Origin: Octopus bimaculoides | Lineage: Eukaryota | NCBI RefSeq assembly: GCF_001194135.2 | Contig: NC_068984.1 | Coordinates: 77,567,873 to 77,631,872, forward strand | Direction of reading: 5' to 3' | DNA: 64,000 nucleotides | Part shown: in pieces, positions 62,100 to 64,000 of the stretch | How the letters are laid out: every line of letters begins with the position of its first letter | Numbering within the stretch: the stretch's first letter is position 1 | Program-made: the position numbers and the translations under genes | The notes under the pieces: generated by a model | The model's input: the letters and a program-made list of their open reading frames with translations, nothing else | The model's database searches: none | What the model was told of the DNA's origin: nothing

Positions 62100-62756
62100 C
62101 ATAATGATGATACTCATAGTGTATCTTCCATAGGTAATAACTCCTATCGAAATATTAAAAAAACTAATCTTAGTAAATTTAAGAATAAACAGTCTAAGGG
62201 AGGTAACTATACTGTAAAAATAAAAACTCTTCTGTAAAAATAAAAACTCCAGATTTTTTAATGAGAAATCTTCATATAAATTGCATAGCTCTAATAAAGC
62301 TATTTGACTTGTTATTCCATACTGTAAACAAATCAAAAGTACTCTTCCTTACCTGTTTCGAGAAGCCATCCATCGAAAGGAACTTCCCCCAAAACTCGAG
62401 GTACCATTCTATTCTGAATTCACATCGTATCAGAATTGGTTTTTCCAAGACTAATAATCTACTACAAGTTATCTCTTCACATAACAATTATATTCTTAAG
62501 GGTAAAAGTGATTCGCTTAATAACCATAATAACAATAATATTAATGATAATAATCACTCCTCAAATAATAATATTAAACGTAACATTACTTCTAATTGTG
62601 ATCCGAATAGAACATGCATTCTCAACGGAAATTGCAAAATTAAAAATGTTGCTTTTCCTCCACTGAAATAATAAAAAAAAAACATGTAACGAATCATCTT
62701 TCTACATTTAAATATATTAGCAAACGTACTAATACATTAGTAAAAGTACTAATATA

Positions 62757-63150
62757 GGCGCAGGAGTGGCTGTGTGGTAAGTAGTTTGCTTACCAGCCAC
62801 ATGGTTCTGGGTTCATTCTCACCTTGGGCAAGTGTCTTCTACTATAGCCTCGGGCCGACCAAATCCTTGTGAGTGGATTTGGTAGACAGAAACTGAAAGA
62901 AGCCCGTCGTATATATGTATATATATATATGCATGTGGGTGTATATGTTTGTCCCCCAACATCGCTTGACAACCGATGCTAGTGTGTTTACGTCCCCGTA
63001 ACTTAGTGATTCAGCAAAAGAGACCGATAGCATAAGTTCTAGGCTTACAAAGAATAAGTCCTGGGGTCGTTTTGCTCGACTAAAGGCGGTGCTCCAGCAT
63101 GGCCGCAGTCAAATGACTGAAACAGGTAAAAGAGTAAAGAGTAAAGAGTA
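62757..63150 (+). mobile_element. Full-length family B SINE
   Basis: Same sequence as the reverse complement of 4830-5206; (AAGAGTA)n tail. Confidence 0.9.
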
Positions 63151-64000
63151 CAACTACAGATTTTAGTAAACTAATTTTGCATCTCAAAGACTGTAATAAA
63201 TAACTTTCTTTGGATTGGAAAGTTTTGTCAAGATCGTTCCCTTATGATAAAGGCAAATCTTTTTTTATCCTTTTTTCCAAACAAACACTTGTTAACAGCT
63301 ATAAAGAACGTATTGACAATTGTTTACATCGGAAAAAACACACTTTCAGCTATTTCAAATAATACCTGTTCCCTTTTGCCTAATAATATCAGTAACTTTC
63401 ATCTTACTGTTTTCAATCCATACATCCCATTCGTTTATTTAATATTTCTATCCATCTGTCATTCACCTTTCTATTTGTTTAGTCCTCCATTACTTCTTTG
63501 TTTTTCTTTCTCTCTTCCTTCTCTTCTCTCATCTTATGACGTCATATTTCTTAACGGCATTTTAAAAATTATTAGCGTTTTCTATCCACTTAAAAAATTT
63601 TTTTTTTAATATTATATGTTATATATTATAATTTCTTACATTTGTAAAATGTTATTTATAATCTCCACCCTGATGCGATCGATACATTATTCCACCTTAT
63701 TTTCCCTCCTGGATTAATTTTAATGTATCCATCGAAACATTTATGTCGGTGATATAAATGATTTAAATAACATCTTGTGTGTTTGTCTCCATTTTCCATT
63801 TCCCTTATACATGTATGTATGTATGCATGTGTGTTTGTATATTGATCAATGAAATTCCAATTAAGTCTGACTTCCACGTTTTATTATTTGCAATTTTTAC
63901 AATTTTACAATGCTGAAATAAACTATTACTTTCATGCGTTACGCATTCATCAGAAATATGAAGTGATAGTCGTGCTCCGCAACTGAAAACTGACCCCCCC

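Overview
AT-rich eukaryotic scaffold with many N-gaps and abundant di-, tri- and tetranucleotide microsatellites. The SINE/LINE families look like those I recall from Octopus genomes, so this is probably an octopod cephalopod (recall, not a database hit). Two host-gene features are supported. (1) A + strand gene with a giant terminal coding exon (acceptor at 25345-46, ORF 25357-31653, 2098 aa). It encodes a Ser/Thr/Pro/Val-rich, probably disordered nuclear protein with tandem SUMO-type motifs and a 9-aa-period array of TQT-like (LC8/DYNLL-type) motifs. Its gene body appears to span about 0.8-32 kb and is strongly CpG-depleted. (2) A - strand terminal exon at 48969-48745, absent from the ORF track, encoding the C-terminal half of a prokineticin/astakine-like (colipase-fold) cysteine-rich peptide. 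The rest is mostly transposon debris: RTE, R4/Dong-like and Penelope-like retroelements, at least five tRNA-derived SINE families (one with a hammerhead-like core), Tc1/mariner relics (DD34E, DD37D, mariner), and Merlin-, hAT- and piggyBac-type non-autonomous elements. I found no CRISPR array, rRNA or convincing functional tRNA gene. Most short ORFs in the track are microsatellite, gap or TE artefacts.
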